Assembly (NCBI GenBank): GCA_945931665.1
Contig: CAMEPL010000001.1
Location: forward strand, 1,249-65,248
Direction of reading: 5' to 3'
Origin: an uncultured Clostridium sp.
Lineage (GTDB): Bacteria > Bacillota > Clostridia > Peptostreptococcales > Peptostreptococcaceae
Length of the DNA: 64,000 nt
The notes below the pieces were generated by a model that saw nothing but the letters and a program-made list of their open reading frames with translations, had not been told where the DNA came from and ran no database searches. Each line of letters opens with the position of its first letter. The first letter of the stretch is position 1. Shown in pieces: positions 50,117 to 60,450 of this stretch. Position numbers and translations under genes: made by a program.

Positions 50117-50143
50117 TGATATAATAGATTAGAACATAGGTTT
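50117..50143 (+). promoter_or_regulatory. Extended -10 and LexA (SOS) box of ruvCAB
   Basis: TGATATAAT at 50117-50125; GAAC-ATAG-GTTT at 50132-50143 fits the Firmicute GAAC-N4-GTTY box. Confidence 0.75.
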
Positions 50144-50170
50144 GGATAAAATAAATTTAGGAGGCCGAAT

Positions 50171-50668
50171 TTGGTTATTTTAGGAATAGACCCAGGGATA
50201 GCTATAGTTGGATACGGAATAGTAGAATATAAAAACAATAAATTTAGAGTTATTGATTATGGCGCTGTGACAACTGATGCAAATACACCGACAGATCAAA
50301 GACTAGCACTTGTTTATAAAGGTATAGATATTTTAATAAAAAACTATAATATTGATGAAGTAGCAATTGAAGAATTGTTCTTCAATAAAAATGTAAAAAC
50401 AGCGATAACAGTAGCACAGGCTAGAGGTGTAATAATGTTGGCATGTACACATAATGGTAAACCTATTTATGAATATACACCACTGCAAGTTAAGCAAGGT
50501 GTAGTAGGGTATGGTAGAGCTCAAAAGATACAGGTACAGCAGATGGTGACATCTCTTTTAAAATTAAAAGAAATACCAAAGCCAGATGATACTGCTGATG
50601 CTCTTGCAATAGCTGTATGCCATGCACATGCAAATAGACTAGAAAAAACTTTAAAAAACTTTAAATAA
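50171..50668 (+). CDS. ruvC: Holliday junction resolvase RuvC
   Basis: ILGIDPG, AIEELFF, EYTPLQVK, DDTADALA. Confidence 0.97.
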   Translation: MVILGIDPGIAIVGYGIVEYKNNKFRVIDYGAVTTDANTPTDQRLALVYKGIDILIKNYNIDEVAIEELFFNKNVKTAITVAQARGVIMLACTHNGKPIYEYTPLQVKQGVVGYGRAQKIQVQQMVTSLLKLKEIPKPDDTADALAIAVCHAHANRLEKTLKNFK

Positions 50669-50685
50669 TTTTACAAGGAGAAAGT

Positions 50686-51279
50686 ATGTATAGCTATATA
50701 AAAGGAATTGTAGAGGAAATCTATTTAGATAGAATAGTTTTAGAGAATAACGGTATAGGATACGAAATAAATGTATCGAGTTTTACAGCACAAAGTGTCC
50801 AAAAGGGAAAAAGTGCAAAGATATTTACTAAATTAATAGTAAGGGAAGACGACATGAGCTTATGCGGATTTGCAAGTCAGATGGAATTAGAGATGTTTAA
50901 ATTACTTACATCTGTATCAAAGATAGGTCCAAAAGTAGGTCTTGGGATTTTATCTTGTGCAACACCGCCGCAACTTAGTGCGTATATCCTTAGCGAAGAT
51001 ATTGCAAAATTGTCAAAATGCCCAGGTGTTGGTAAGAAAACAGCAGAGAGAATAATACTAGAATTAAAAGATAAAGTAGATAAAGATATGGCAGAGTTTG
51101 AAGCTACTTTATTTAACCAAGCACCTACAGGATTAGAGTTAGATGAAGCATTAGAGGCGTTGTTAGCTTTAGGATATTCAAGTGCGGAAGCTAAAGAAGC
51201 AGTTCAAAAATTTAAGAAAGATGGATTAAAAACAGAAGATTTAATTAAAAAAGCACTTACATATTTAATGAGTAAGTAG
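50686..51279 (+). CDS. ruvA: Holliday junction DNA-binding protein RuvA
   Basis: VREDD..LCGF, IGPK, PGVGKKTAERIILELKDK. Confidence 0.97.
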   Translation: MYSYIKGIVEEIYLDRIVLENNGIGYEINVSSFTAQSVQKGKSAKIFTKLIVREDDMSLCGFASQMELEMFKLLTSVSKIGPKVGLGILSCATPPQLSAYILSEDIAKLSKCPGVGKKTAERIILELKDKVDKDMAEFEATLFNQAPTGLELDEALEALLALGYSSAEAKEAVQKFKKDGLKTEDLIKKALTYLMSK

Positions 51280-51404
51280 ATTATCAATAATCAATATATA
51301 TATAATAAGTACATTTTTAAATGTTAATATATAAAGAATATACATTTAAATAAAATATTTAAATTATGATATTTAAATATAGGAAAGTAGAGAAAGGAGA
51401 TGAG

Positions 51405-52424
51405 ATGATGTTTGATTTAGGTGATGAAAATAGATTGATAACTTCTAGTATGAAAGCTGAAGATAGTGAAACGGAAGTTAGTTTAAGACCTAAGAGCTTA
51501 TCAGATTATTTAGGTCAGGAAAAAGTAAAAGAACAATTAGAAATATTTATAGAGGCGGCAAAATCTAGAAATGAACCACTAGATCACGTTTTACTATATG
51601 GACCTCCAGGTCTAGGAAAGACAACTTTAGCCGGAATAATAGCTAATGAAATGGGTGTAAATCTTAGAATTACATCAGGACCAGCTATTGAAAGAGCGGG
51701 AGATTTAGCGGCAATTTTAACTAATTTAGAGGAAAATGATGTATTATTTATCGACGAAATACACAGAATAAATAGGAGTGTAGAGGAAGTTTTATACCCT
51801 GCAATGGAAGATTATTGCATAGACATAATCATCGGAAAAGGACCATCAGCAAGAAGTATAAGACTTGATTTACCAAAGTTCACATTAATAGGTGCTACAA
51901 CTAGAGCTGGAATGCTTACAAATCCACTTAGAGATAGATTTGGAGTAATATGTAAATTAGACTACTATACAGTAGATGAATTAGCACAAATCTCAATGAG
52001 ATCGGCAAACCTTCTAGAAGCTGAAATCAATTTAAAAGGAGCAACAGAGATTGCCAGACGTTCAAGAGGTACACCAAGAATAGCAAATAGACTTCTAAAA
52101 AGGGTTAGAGATTACGCTCAAGTTAAAGCAAATGGAAATATAACTGATGAAGTTGCAAATGATGCATTGGAATTATTAGGTGTAGACAGTTTAGGACTTG
52201 ATGATGTCGATGAAAAGTTACTTTTAACAATAATCCATAAATTTGGCGGCGGTCCAGTTGGACTGGACACATTGGCAGCATCTATTGGAGAAGATAGAAA
52301 TACAATAGAAGATGTATATGAACCATATCTACTTCAATTAGGTTTTATAAATAGAGGACCTAGAGGTCGTATAGCTATGCCTAGAGCGTATGAACATCTA
52401 AATATAGAGTATCCAAAAAAATAA
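51405..52424 (+). CDS. ruvB: Holliday junction helicase RuvB
   Basis: [32 protein letters not shown]; start moved by RBS. Confidence 0.98.
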   Translation: MMFDLGDENRLITSSMKAEDSETEVSLRPKSLSDYLGQEKVKEQLEIFIEAAKSRNEPLDHVLLYGPPGLGKTTLAGIIANEMGVNLRITSGPAIERAGDLAAILTNLEENDVLFIDEIHRINRSVEEVLYPAMEDYCIDIIIGKGPSARSIRLDLPKFTLIGATTRAGMLTNPLRDRFGVICKLDYYTVDELAQISMRSANLLEAEINLKGATEIARRSRGTPRIANRLLKRVRDYAQVKANGNITDEVANDALELLGVDSLGLDDVDEKLLLTIIHKFGGGPVGLDTLAASIGEDRNTIEDVYEPYLLQLGFINRGPRGRIAMPRAYEHLNIEYPKK

Positions 52425-52518
52425 GATTTTATAAAAGTCTACCCAAATAAATAAATATTTGTTATCATTGTATTTATGTGTTTTAACAAAAATTTATTTA
52501 GAAAGGAAGTTAATCAAA

Positions 52519-53544
52519 TTGAAAACAAGTGATTTTAATTTTGATTTACCAGAAGAATTAATCGCACAAGTTCCAATAAAAGATAGAACAAGTTCTAAAC
52601 TTATGGTACTTGATAAAGAAACTGGTGAAATCGAACATAGAATATTTAAAGATATAATAGATTATTTAAATCCAGGAGACTGCCTAGTTTTAAACGATAC
52701 TAGAGTAATACCAGCTAGACTTATAGGTTCAAAAGTAGAAACAGGTGGGAAAATCGAATTCTTACTTTTAAAAAGAACTGAGGATGATACTTGGGAAACG
52801 TTAGTTAAACCAGGTAAAAGAGCAAAAATAGGTGCAAGATTCTCTTTTGGAGATGGAAAATTAATAGCAGAAGTAGTTGGAATGGGCGAAGATGGAGCTA
52901 GAATAGTTAAATTTGAATATGATGGCATATTTGAAGAAATTCTAGACGAATTAGGAAACATGCCACTACCACCATATATAACAGAAAAACTAGATGAAAG
53001 AGAAAGATATCAAACAGTTTACTCTAAACATAATGGTTCTGCTGCAGCTCCAACTGCTGGTCTTCATTTTACAGAAGAATTATTAAATAAAATAAAAGAA
53101 AAAGGTGTTGATTTAGCATTCGTAACACTTCACGTTGGTCTTGGAACTTTCAGGCCAGTAAAAGTAGATGATGTAAACAATCATCAAATGCATTCTGAAT
53201 TCTATATGGTTACAGAAGAAGCCGCAGAAAAAATAAACAGAGCTAAAGCCAATGGAAACAGAGTAATAAGTGTTGGTACAACAAGTACAAGAACAGTAGA
53301 ATCGGCAGCAGATGAAAATGGAATTGTACAAGCTACATCGGGGTGGACAAATATATTTATATACCCAGGATACAAATGGAAAGTTATAGATAACTTAATA
53401 ACTAACTTCCATTTACCAGAGTCTACACTTATAATGTTAGTTAGTTCTTTAGCAGGAAAAGAGCATGTATTAAATGCTTATAATGAAGCAGTTAAGGAAA
53501 GATACAGATTCTTTAGTTTTGGAGATGCAATGTTTATTAAATAA
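52519..53544 (+). CDS. queA: SAM:tRNA ribosyltransferase-isomerase
   Basis: [37 protein letters not shown]; start TTG 52519. Confidence 0.97.
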   Translation: MKTSDFNFDLPEELIAQVPIKDRTSSKLMVLDKETGEIEHRIFKDIIDYLNPGDCLVLNDTRVIPARLIGSKVETGGKIEFLLLKRTEDDTWETLVKPGKRAKIGARFSFGDGKLIAEVVGMGEDGARIVKFEYDGIFEEILDELGNMPLPPYITEKLDERERYQTVYSKHNGSAAAPTAGLHFTEELLNKIKEKGVDLAFVTLHVGLGTFRPVKVDDVNNHQMHSEFYMVTEEAAEKINRAKANGNRVISVGTTSTRTVESAADENGIVQATSGWTNIFIYPGYKWKVIDNLITNFHLPESTLIMLVSSLAGKEHVLNAYNEAVKERYRFFSFGDAMFIK

Positions 53545-53573
53545 TAAAATTTAAACTTAACTGGGGGTAAAGA

Positions 53574-54056
53574 ATGAAAAGAAATACAAAGCAGACTTTT
53601 ATTAAAATAGCACATTTATGTGAAATTTTATTATCAATAGTAATATTATTGGTCATACTTTTAGGTATATTTGATATTTTAAGAGAAGTTTATGGAGCTT
53701 ATATTGTAGATTTTGCAAATCCTGTAAATTATGAGCAGTTAAATGACTTCTTGGCACAGATATTACTACTCGTAATAGCTGTAGAGTTAGTAATTATGCT
53801 TTGCTTACACCGACCTGAAACTTTATTAGAAGTACTTCTTTATGCAATAGCGAGAAAGCTACTTTTAATACCAAAGTCATCAAGTGCAGGAGAATTATTA
53901 TTAGGTGTATTAGCTATAGCAGCTATATTCTTCATTAAGAAATATTTAATGCCTTACAAAGATAAAGATGGAGCAGAAAATCAACAAAGAAGTACTATAA
54001 AAAGTATAATAGCATCTTATTTAAAAGATAATGATGAAAATGTAAGTATGTTTTAA
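53574..54056 (+). CDS. PsiE-like 4-TM membrane protein
   Basis: LVIAVELVIML..H....LLEVLLYAIARKLL. Confidence 0.7.
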   Translation: MKRNTKQTFIKIAHLCEILLSIVILLVILLGIFDILREVYGAYIVDFANPVNYEQLNDFLAQILLLVIAVELVIMLCLHRPETLLEVLLYAIARKLLLIPKSSSAGELLLGVLAIAAIFFIKKYLMPYKDKDGAENQQRSTIKSIIASYLKDNDENVSMF

Positions 54057-54093
54057 TAAATATACTTAAGATATAAATTTAATATAGAGATGA

Positions 54094-55248
<1,155 letters not shown>

Positions 55249-55309
55249 AATATTTAATATATAATGTTTAATAGTAAATATTTAATAAAAGTTAAAGGAG
55301 AAAAATGAA

Positions 55310-55591
55310 ATGAATCAACAATTAGTATGGTCAATTGTGTATATAATTGCTTTATTTGCAATATTCTATTTCTTATTTATAAGACCACAAAAGAAAAAAG
55401 ACAAAGAATTAAAAGATATGAGAGATTCTCTTGCAGTAGGAGATACTGTAGTAACTATAGGTGGTATAGTTGCTAACGTAGCAAAAATAGAAGAAGAAAC
55501 TGTAGTTATAGAATTTGGACCAAGTAGAACTAAAATGCCAATACAAAAATGGGCTATAGGTAGCGTTCAATCAAAAAAAGAAAGTAAATAA
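55310..55591 (+). CDS. yajC: Preprotein translocase subunit YajC
   Basis: FYFLFIRPQKKK, GDTVVTIGGI. Confidence 0.96.
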   Translation: MNQQLVWSIVYIIALFAIFYFLFIRPQKKKDKELKDMRDSLAVGDTVVTIGGIVANVAKIEEETVVIEFGPSRTKMPIQKWAIGSVQSKKESK

Positions 55592-55604
55592 TAATTAGGA
55601 ATTT

Positions 55605-55650
55605 AAAACCTTCCTCTTAAATATATTTATTTAAGAAGGGAGGTTTTTTT
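55605..55650 (+). terminator. Terminator after yajC that contains the RBS of the next gene
   Basis: AAAACCTTCCTCTTAAATA...TATTTAAGAAGGGAGGTTTTTTT directly before ATG 55651. Confidence 0.72.
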
Positions 55651-56010
55651 ATGAACAAAGCTATAAGTATTTTTAAAGGTTTGGGATATGCATATATATT
55701 TACACTAATTGTAATCTTAATTTACAACGCATTATTGACTTTCACCAAATTATCTTCAGATAATATGGGATTGATAGTATCAATTATAACTACATTTGGG
55801 GCTGCATTTGGAGGATTTTATGCTTGTAAACAAATAAAAGAGAAAGGATTGTTGTATGGACTACTGGAAGGATTACTATATATTGTTTTTTTTATAGTAC
55901 TAGTTTTCTTGGCAAAAGAGAATTTTTCTTTCGAAATAAGTATGATATATAGTGTGATATTAACAACTGTAGCTGGTGGTATTGGAGGAATTATTGGAGT
56001 TAATTTTTAA
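55651..56010 (+). CDS. TIGR04086 (YrzE-like) membrane protein
   Basis: 4 TM, KEKGLLYG, GGIGGIIGVN; usual position between yajC and scfA. Confidence 0.88.
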   Translation: MNKAISIFKGLGYAYIFTLIVILIYNALLTFTKLSSDNMGLIVSIITTFGAAFGGFYACKQIKEKGLLYGLLEGLLYIVFFIVLVFLAKENFSFEISMIYSVILTTVAGGIGGIIGVNF

Positions 56011-56099
56011 AATGATTTTAAATATATGGAATATATGTTATAATTATTAAAGTATTATAAAATTATACATATAAACAAAGGATTAGGAGGTAATTCGAC

Positions 56100-56243
56100 A
56101 TGGCTAAAAAACATATAAAAACTTTATCTCAAGCTACTTTAAAAGAGAGTGCAGCTAAAGGTGGATGTGGAGAATGTCAAACTTCTTGTCAATCAGCTTG
56201 CAAGACTTCTTGTACAGTTGCTAACCAAGAATGCGAAAGATAG
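56100..56243 (+). CDS. scfA: SCIFF six-cysteine ranthipeptide precursor
   Basis: Below ORF-track cutoff; RBS AGGAGG; MAKKHIKTLSQATLKESAAKGGCGECQTSCQSACKTSCTVANQECER (47 aa). Confidence 0.97.
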   Translation: MAKKHIKTLSQATLKESAAKGGCGECQTSCQSACKTSCTVANQECER

Positions 56244-56262
56244 TATTTGTATAAAAATGAAG

Positions 56263-56307
56263 AGGGAATTGAGTGGTGATGTGAGTTACCATTCAATTCC
56301 CTTTTTT
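56263..56307. terminator. Terminator after scfA, bidirectional
   Basis: AAGGGAATTGAGTGGTGA...TTACCATTCAATTCCCTT followed by a T-run. Confidence 0.8.
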
Positions 56308-56323
56308 AAAAGTTAAAGGTGGG

Positions 56324-57283
56324 TTATGTTTCTGCTATTATTTTGCCCGTATCTTTCAAATCATAACCACCAAGTCCTGCCAATTCGTCTTTGAATTCAT
56401 CCGAATTTATAATACTTAAAATTTCTTTATAAATTGGATTTTCTAGATTTTCTGTTTTTATAACTAAATCATATCTTTCCTTTTGTAAAGGAATAAAATC
56501 AATATTATCTATTTGTTTAGCTACTTTTTCTATACCTAGCCCAAAGTCACCTTTACCTCTTGCAACAGCACTTGCAACAGCTAGGTGAGAGTTTTCTTCA
56601 GAGTTATAGCCATTTATTTTACTAGAAGGTATTTCTAATTCGCGTAATTTTCCATCTAATAAAACTCTGACACCACATCCAATTTCTCGGTTTATATAAT
56701 TGATATCATATCTTTTTAAATCATCCCATCCATGTATATTTTTAGGATTCCCTTTTTGAACATAAAACCCTTGAATTCTATATGTTAAATTAATTATTGT
56801 ACATGGAATTCCAGGAAGTAATTTCTTAACGAAATCCACATTGTATTCTGAAGTTTCCCAATCCCATAAATGAGATGAAGCTATAGAGGCTTTATCGTTA
56901 TATAAATTTATTAAACCATTATAACTTCCCATATAGGATCTGTATGATTTTGTAGAAGGAAGAGAACTTTCAATATTTCTGCCTAAAATATCTAAAATCA
57001 TATCTTGGCCACAAATTATAATATTTTGATCATCTAATTTTTTTTCTGTATCAATAGCTATATTATTTACAATGACGTCTTGTTTTATTTGTTTGGTTTG
57101 AGATAATGCATTTCCTTTTTTCTGGTTATTTATATAGTTATCTATATCTTCTTTATCTATACGAAGCTTTTTTCCTACTTTATAAGCTGGAAGTTCCCCT
57201 CTTTTTATTATTTCATAGACTGTATTTTTTGCTATTTTTAATAATTCCGCAACTTCTAATGGCGTTAATGATGTTGAATCCAT
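56324..57283 (-). CDS. Excisionase-like HTH + PBP-like domain regulator (molybdate-associated)
   Basis: LTPLEVAELLKIAKNTVYEIIKRGELPAYKVG (HTH_17); GSYNGL, INREIGCGVR, HLAVASAVARG, ERYDL. Confidence 0.9.
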   Translation of the reverse strand: MDSTSLTPLEVAELLKIAKNTVYEIIKRGELPAYKVGKKLRIDKEDIDNYINNQKKGNALSQTKQIKQDVIVNNIAIDTEKKLDDQNIIICGQDMILDILGRNIESSLPSTKSYRSYMGSYNGLINLYNDKASIASSHLWDWETSEYNVDFVKKLLPGIPCTIINLTYRIQGFYVQKGNPKNIHGWDDLKRYDINYINREIGCGVRVLLDGKLRELEIPSSKINGYNSEENSHLAVASAVARGKGDFGLGIEKVAKQIDNIDFIPLQKERYDLVIKTENLENPIYKEILSIINSDEFKDELAGLGGYDLKDTGKIIAET

Positions 57284-57410
57284 AATATCAGCCTCCTTAT
57301 ATAATATTTTATAATATTTATTTATTTATGTATATCTAAAAATTATAAGATGAATATAATTTTGTATCGAGGATTTAAATGAAAATATAAGGAAAATTTT
57401 GTCTAAAAAG

Positions 57411-57485
57411 TTGAAAAAAAATAAAAAACATTATACAATAAGATTGGACATAATTAAAAGTGATAAAACATTATAAAACATAATA
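57411..57485 (+). promoter_or_regulatory. modA promoter overlapped by 10-bp-phased direct repeats
   Basis: TTGAAA-N17-TACAAT (57411-57439); AAACATWATA-like units at 57426, 57446, 57466 and 57476. Confidence 0.6.
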
Positions 57486-57560
57486 AAAAATACAAGATAG
57501 TAATGTTATAACATGTTTAGTTGTGACAAAACAATTATAAGGTAGGGGGAATTTTCAATT

Positions 57561-58394
57561 ATGAAAAAGAAATTTGGAGTTTTAACATTAGCATTATGCT
57601 TAATGTTAGGAGCAGTAGGGTGCAATAATGGAAGTAGTTCATCATCTTCTAACTCATCTTCAGGAGTATCAAGCGATGCATCATCTTCAAAATCATCAGG
57701 AGAAGAAATAGAATTAAACATATCTGCAGCAGCTTCATTACAAGAAGCAATGGTAGAAATCGAAAAAGAATTTAAAGAAGTAAATCCAGATGTAAAATTA
57801 GTAGTTAACTTAGGTTCTTCAGGGACATTAATGCAACAAATACAAGAAGGTGCAGATTGTGATGTATTTATATCTGCAGGTGCAAAACAAATGGATGCAT
57901 TAGTTGAAGACGGAACAATAAATAAAGATGATGTAAAAACTTTATTAATAAATGATTTAGTATTAGTTGCAGCTAAAGGTGAAAAAATAGATTCATTAGA
58001 TGATTTAAAAAGTGATTCTATAACAAAAATAGCTATCGGAGACCCTGAAAGTGTTCCAGCAGGTAAATATGCTAAAGAAGTTTTAGATAATACTAAATTA
58101 TATGATGCAGTACAAAGTAAATTAGTTTTAGGTAAAGATGTTAAACAAGTTTTATCTTATGTACAACAAGGTGCTGCACAAGTTGGTTTTGTTTATTTAA
58201 GTGATGCTCATGGAGTTGACGATGTAGATGTAGTTTTAACTACTGATGAAGATACTCACTCAGAAATAGCTTATCCAATAGCTGTTCTTAAAGATAGCAA
58301 ACAAGCAAAAGCTGCTAAACAATTTGAAGACTTCTTATTAAGTGATGCAGGACAAAGTATATTAGAAAAATACGGATTCAAAAAAGTTAAATAA
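57561..58394 (+). CDS. modA: Molybdate ABC transporter substrate-binding lipoprotein
   Basis: Lipobox AVGC, SAAASL, GSSGTL..QI..GA..DVFISA, VPAGKYA. Confidence 0.96.
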   Translation: MKKKFGVLTLALCLMLGAVGCNNGSSSSSSNSSSGVSSDASSSKSSGEEIELNISAAASLQEAMVEIEKEFKEVNPDVKLVVNLGSSGTLMQQIQEGADCDVFISAGAKQMDALVEDGTINKDDVKTLLINDLVLVAAKGEKIDSLDDLKSDSITKIAIGDPESVPAGKYAKEVLDNTKLYDAVQSKLVLGKDVKQVLSYVQQGAAQVGFVYLSDAHGVDDVDVVLTTDEDTHSEIAYPIAVLKDSKQAKAAKQFEDFLLSDAGQSILEKYGFKKVK

Positions 58395-58437
58395 TATTAA
58401 AATATAGATATAATTAAAAAGTAATAATTTTGCAAAG

Positions 58438-58479
58438 TATAACCTATAGATGATACATTTGTGTCATTTATAGGTTATT
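58438..58479 (+). terminator. Intercistronic hairpin between modA and modB
   Basis: ATAACCTATAGATGATAC...GTGTCATTTATAGGTTAT. Confidence 0.55.
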
Positions 58480-58521
58480 AATAAATATAGAAATTTAAAA
58501 TTTAAGAGGAGGAAGAATAAG

Positions 58522-59214
58522 ATGGATGCAGGATTAACACCTCTTTGGATTTCCGTTAAAACATCTTTATTGGCGACAGTAATAACATTTTTTTTAGGAA
58601 TAGGAACAGCTTATTTAGTTGCAAACTATAAAGGGAAATGGAGGGGAGTAATCGATAGTATATTTACGTTACCGCTTGTTCTTCCTCCTACTGTTTTAGG
58701 GTTCTTTTTACTAGTGTTCTTTGGTAAAAATGGACCAGCAGGCAAATTCTTATTACAGTTTGATATAAACTTAATATTTACTTGGACAGCAACTGTAATT
58801 TCAGCTGTTGTAGTAGCATTTCCGATGATGTATAGATCAGCACGTTCAGCTTTTGAGCAAATAGATGATAATTTAATTGCAGCAGCGAAGACATTAGGAA
58901 TGAGTAATTGGAAGATTTTCTATAAGATTTCTGTTCCTCTAGCTTGGCCAGGGATAATCGGTGGAGTAGTATTGTCTTTTGCAAGAGCATTAGGTGAATT
59001 TGGGGCAACATTAATGATGGCTGGTAATATACCAGGTAAAACTCAAACAATGCCGCTTGCGATATTTTTCCAAGTACAAGCGATGAACTATAAAGGAGCT
59101 ATGTTATGGGTAGCGACAATCGTGGCGATTTCTGTAGTAATGATATTAATATTAAACTTTTGGTCAGATAAACAACAAGATCTTGTTGGAAAAAGAAGTA
59201 GAGGAGGTAAATAG
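58522..59214 (+). CDS. modB: Molybdate ABC transporter permease
   Basis: LPLVLPPTVLG, FARALGEFGAT, GNIPGKTQTMPL. Confidence 0.96.
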   Translation: MDAGLTPLWISVKTSLLATVITFFLGIGTAYLVANYKGKWRGVIDSIFTLPLVLPPTVLGFFLLVFFGKNGPAGKFLLQFDINLIFTWTATVISAVVVAFPMMYRSARSAFEQIDDNLIAAAKTLGMSNWKIFYKISVPLAWPGIIGGVVLSFARALGEFGATLMMAGNIPGKTQTMPLAIFFQVQAMNYKGAMLWVATIVAISVVMILILNFWSDKQQDLVGKRSRGGK

Positions 59215-59216
59215 AA

Positions 59217-60269
59217 ATGTCTTTATATGTTGATATAGAAAAAGATTTAGGCTCCTTTAAATTAAAAGTTAAGTTTGAGCAAGAAAATGGAATAGTGGGA
59301 TTGTTGGGGCAATCTGGCTGTGGTAAAAGTATGACTTTAAAATGTATAGCTGGTATTGTAAAACCTGATAAAGGAAAGATAATTTCAAATGGAAAGGTGT
59401 TTTTTGATTCAGAAAAGAAAATAAATCTAACGCCTCAAAAGAGAAATATAGGATTTCTGTTCCAAAATTATGCACTATTCCCACATATGTCTGTTAAAGA
59501 AAATATACAATTAGGAATTGAAAAATTATCTAAGGAAGAAAAAGATGAAATAACTAGAAAATATCTTAAAAAATTCAGATTAGAAGGTTTTGAAGATAGA
59601 TATCCATGGCAATTGTCAGGGGGACAACAACAAAGGATAGCACTAGCTAGAGCACTATGTTTAAACCCAGATATATTAATACTAGATGAGCCGTTTTCAG
59701 CATTAGATTATCATCTTAGAAGTAATATGGAAAATGAATTATGTGAAATATTAAAAGACTTTGCTGGAAATGTATTATTTGTAACTCATGATATATCAGA
59801 AGCTTATAGAATAAGTGATGACATCATAGTATTTGATAATGGACTTTCACTACCAAAAAGAACAAAAAATGAACTATTTATACACCCGAGTTGTATGACA
59901 GAGGCTGTTATAACAGGATGCAAAAACATATCAGCATGTGATATAATAGATATAAATACAGTATTTGCTAAAGACTGGGGACTTAATTGTAAAATAGAAA
60001 AAGGTGTTGGAAAAAATTCTAAACATGTTGGAATAAGAGCACACCATATGAAAGTAGTTGAGGATAATCAAGAAGATAGCGAAAATGTATTTGAAATGAC
60101 TGTTGTAAAAGTAATAGAAAATTCATTTACTTATAATATTCATATAAAAAATTGTGATGACGAAAACAATCTTTCATTGCAGATGGAAGTTGATAAAAAT
60201 ATAAAGAAAGTTGAAGTAGGACAAAAAATTAGAGTTAAATTTGAAAGAAACTCTGTTTTTGATTTTTAA
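59217..60269 (+). CDS. modC: Molybdate ABC transporter ATPase
   Basis: GQSGCGKS, FQNYALFPHM, LSGGQQQR, LDEPFSALD. Confidence 0.93.
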   Translation: MSLYVDIEKDLGSFKLKVKFEQENGIVGLLGQSGCGKSMTLKCIAGIVKPDKGKIISNGKVFFDSEKKINLTPQKRNIGFLFQNYALFPHMSVKENIQLGIEKLSKEEKDEITRKYLKKFRLEGFEDRYPWQLSGGQQQRIALARALCLNPDILILDEPFSALDYHLRSNMENELCEILKDFAGNVLFVTHDISEAYRISDDIIVFDNGLSLPKRTKNELFIHPSCMTEAVITGCKNISACDIIDINTVFAKDWGLNCKIEKGVGKNSKHVGIRAHHMKVVEDNQEDSENVFEMTVVKVIENSFTYNIHIKNCDDENNLSLQMEVDKNIKKVEVGQKIRVKFERNSVFDF

Positions 60270-60294
60270 AAACGCCCATAAGAAAAAAGTATTA

Positions 60295-60333
60295 CAAAAA
60301 CTCTCCCACATAATTGTGGGAGAGTTTTTGTTT
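60295..60333 (+). terminator. Terminator of modABC
   Basis: CAAAAACTCTCCCACA-TAAT-TGTGGGAGAGTTTTTG. Confidence 0.85.
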
Positions 60334-60373
60334 TTAATATATTTATATTTTGATAAATAAACCTATGTATAAC

Positions 60374-60402
60374 TTGATTACATCATTTTAAAAAGTTATA
60401 AT
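60374..60402 (+). promoter_or_regulatory. SigA-like promoter of scfB
   Basis: TTGATT-N17-TATAAT. Confidence 0.6.
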
Positions 60403-60450
60403 AAACTTTGTGTAGAAAATAGACAAAATTTACTTTAGGAGGAAATAGAC

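Noticed and set aside
57290-57560. Moco or tungsten riboswitch upstream of modA
   Set aside because: Region is very AT-rich with no GC-rich multi-stem structure; a protein regulator is adjacent.
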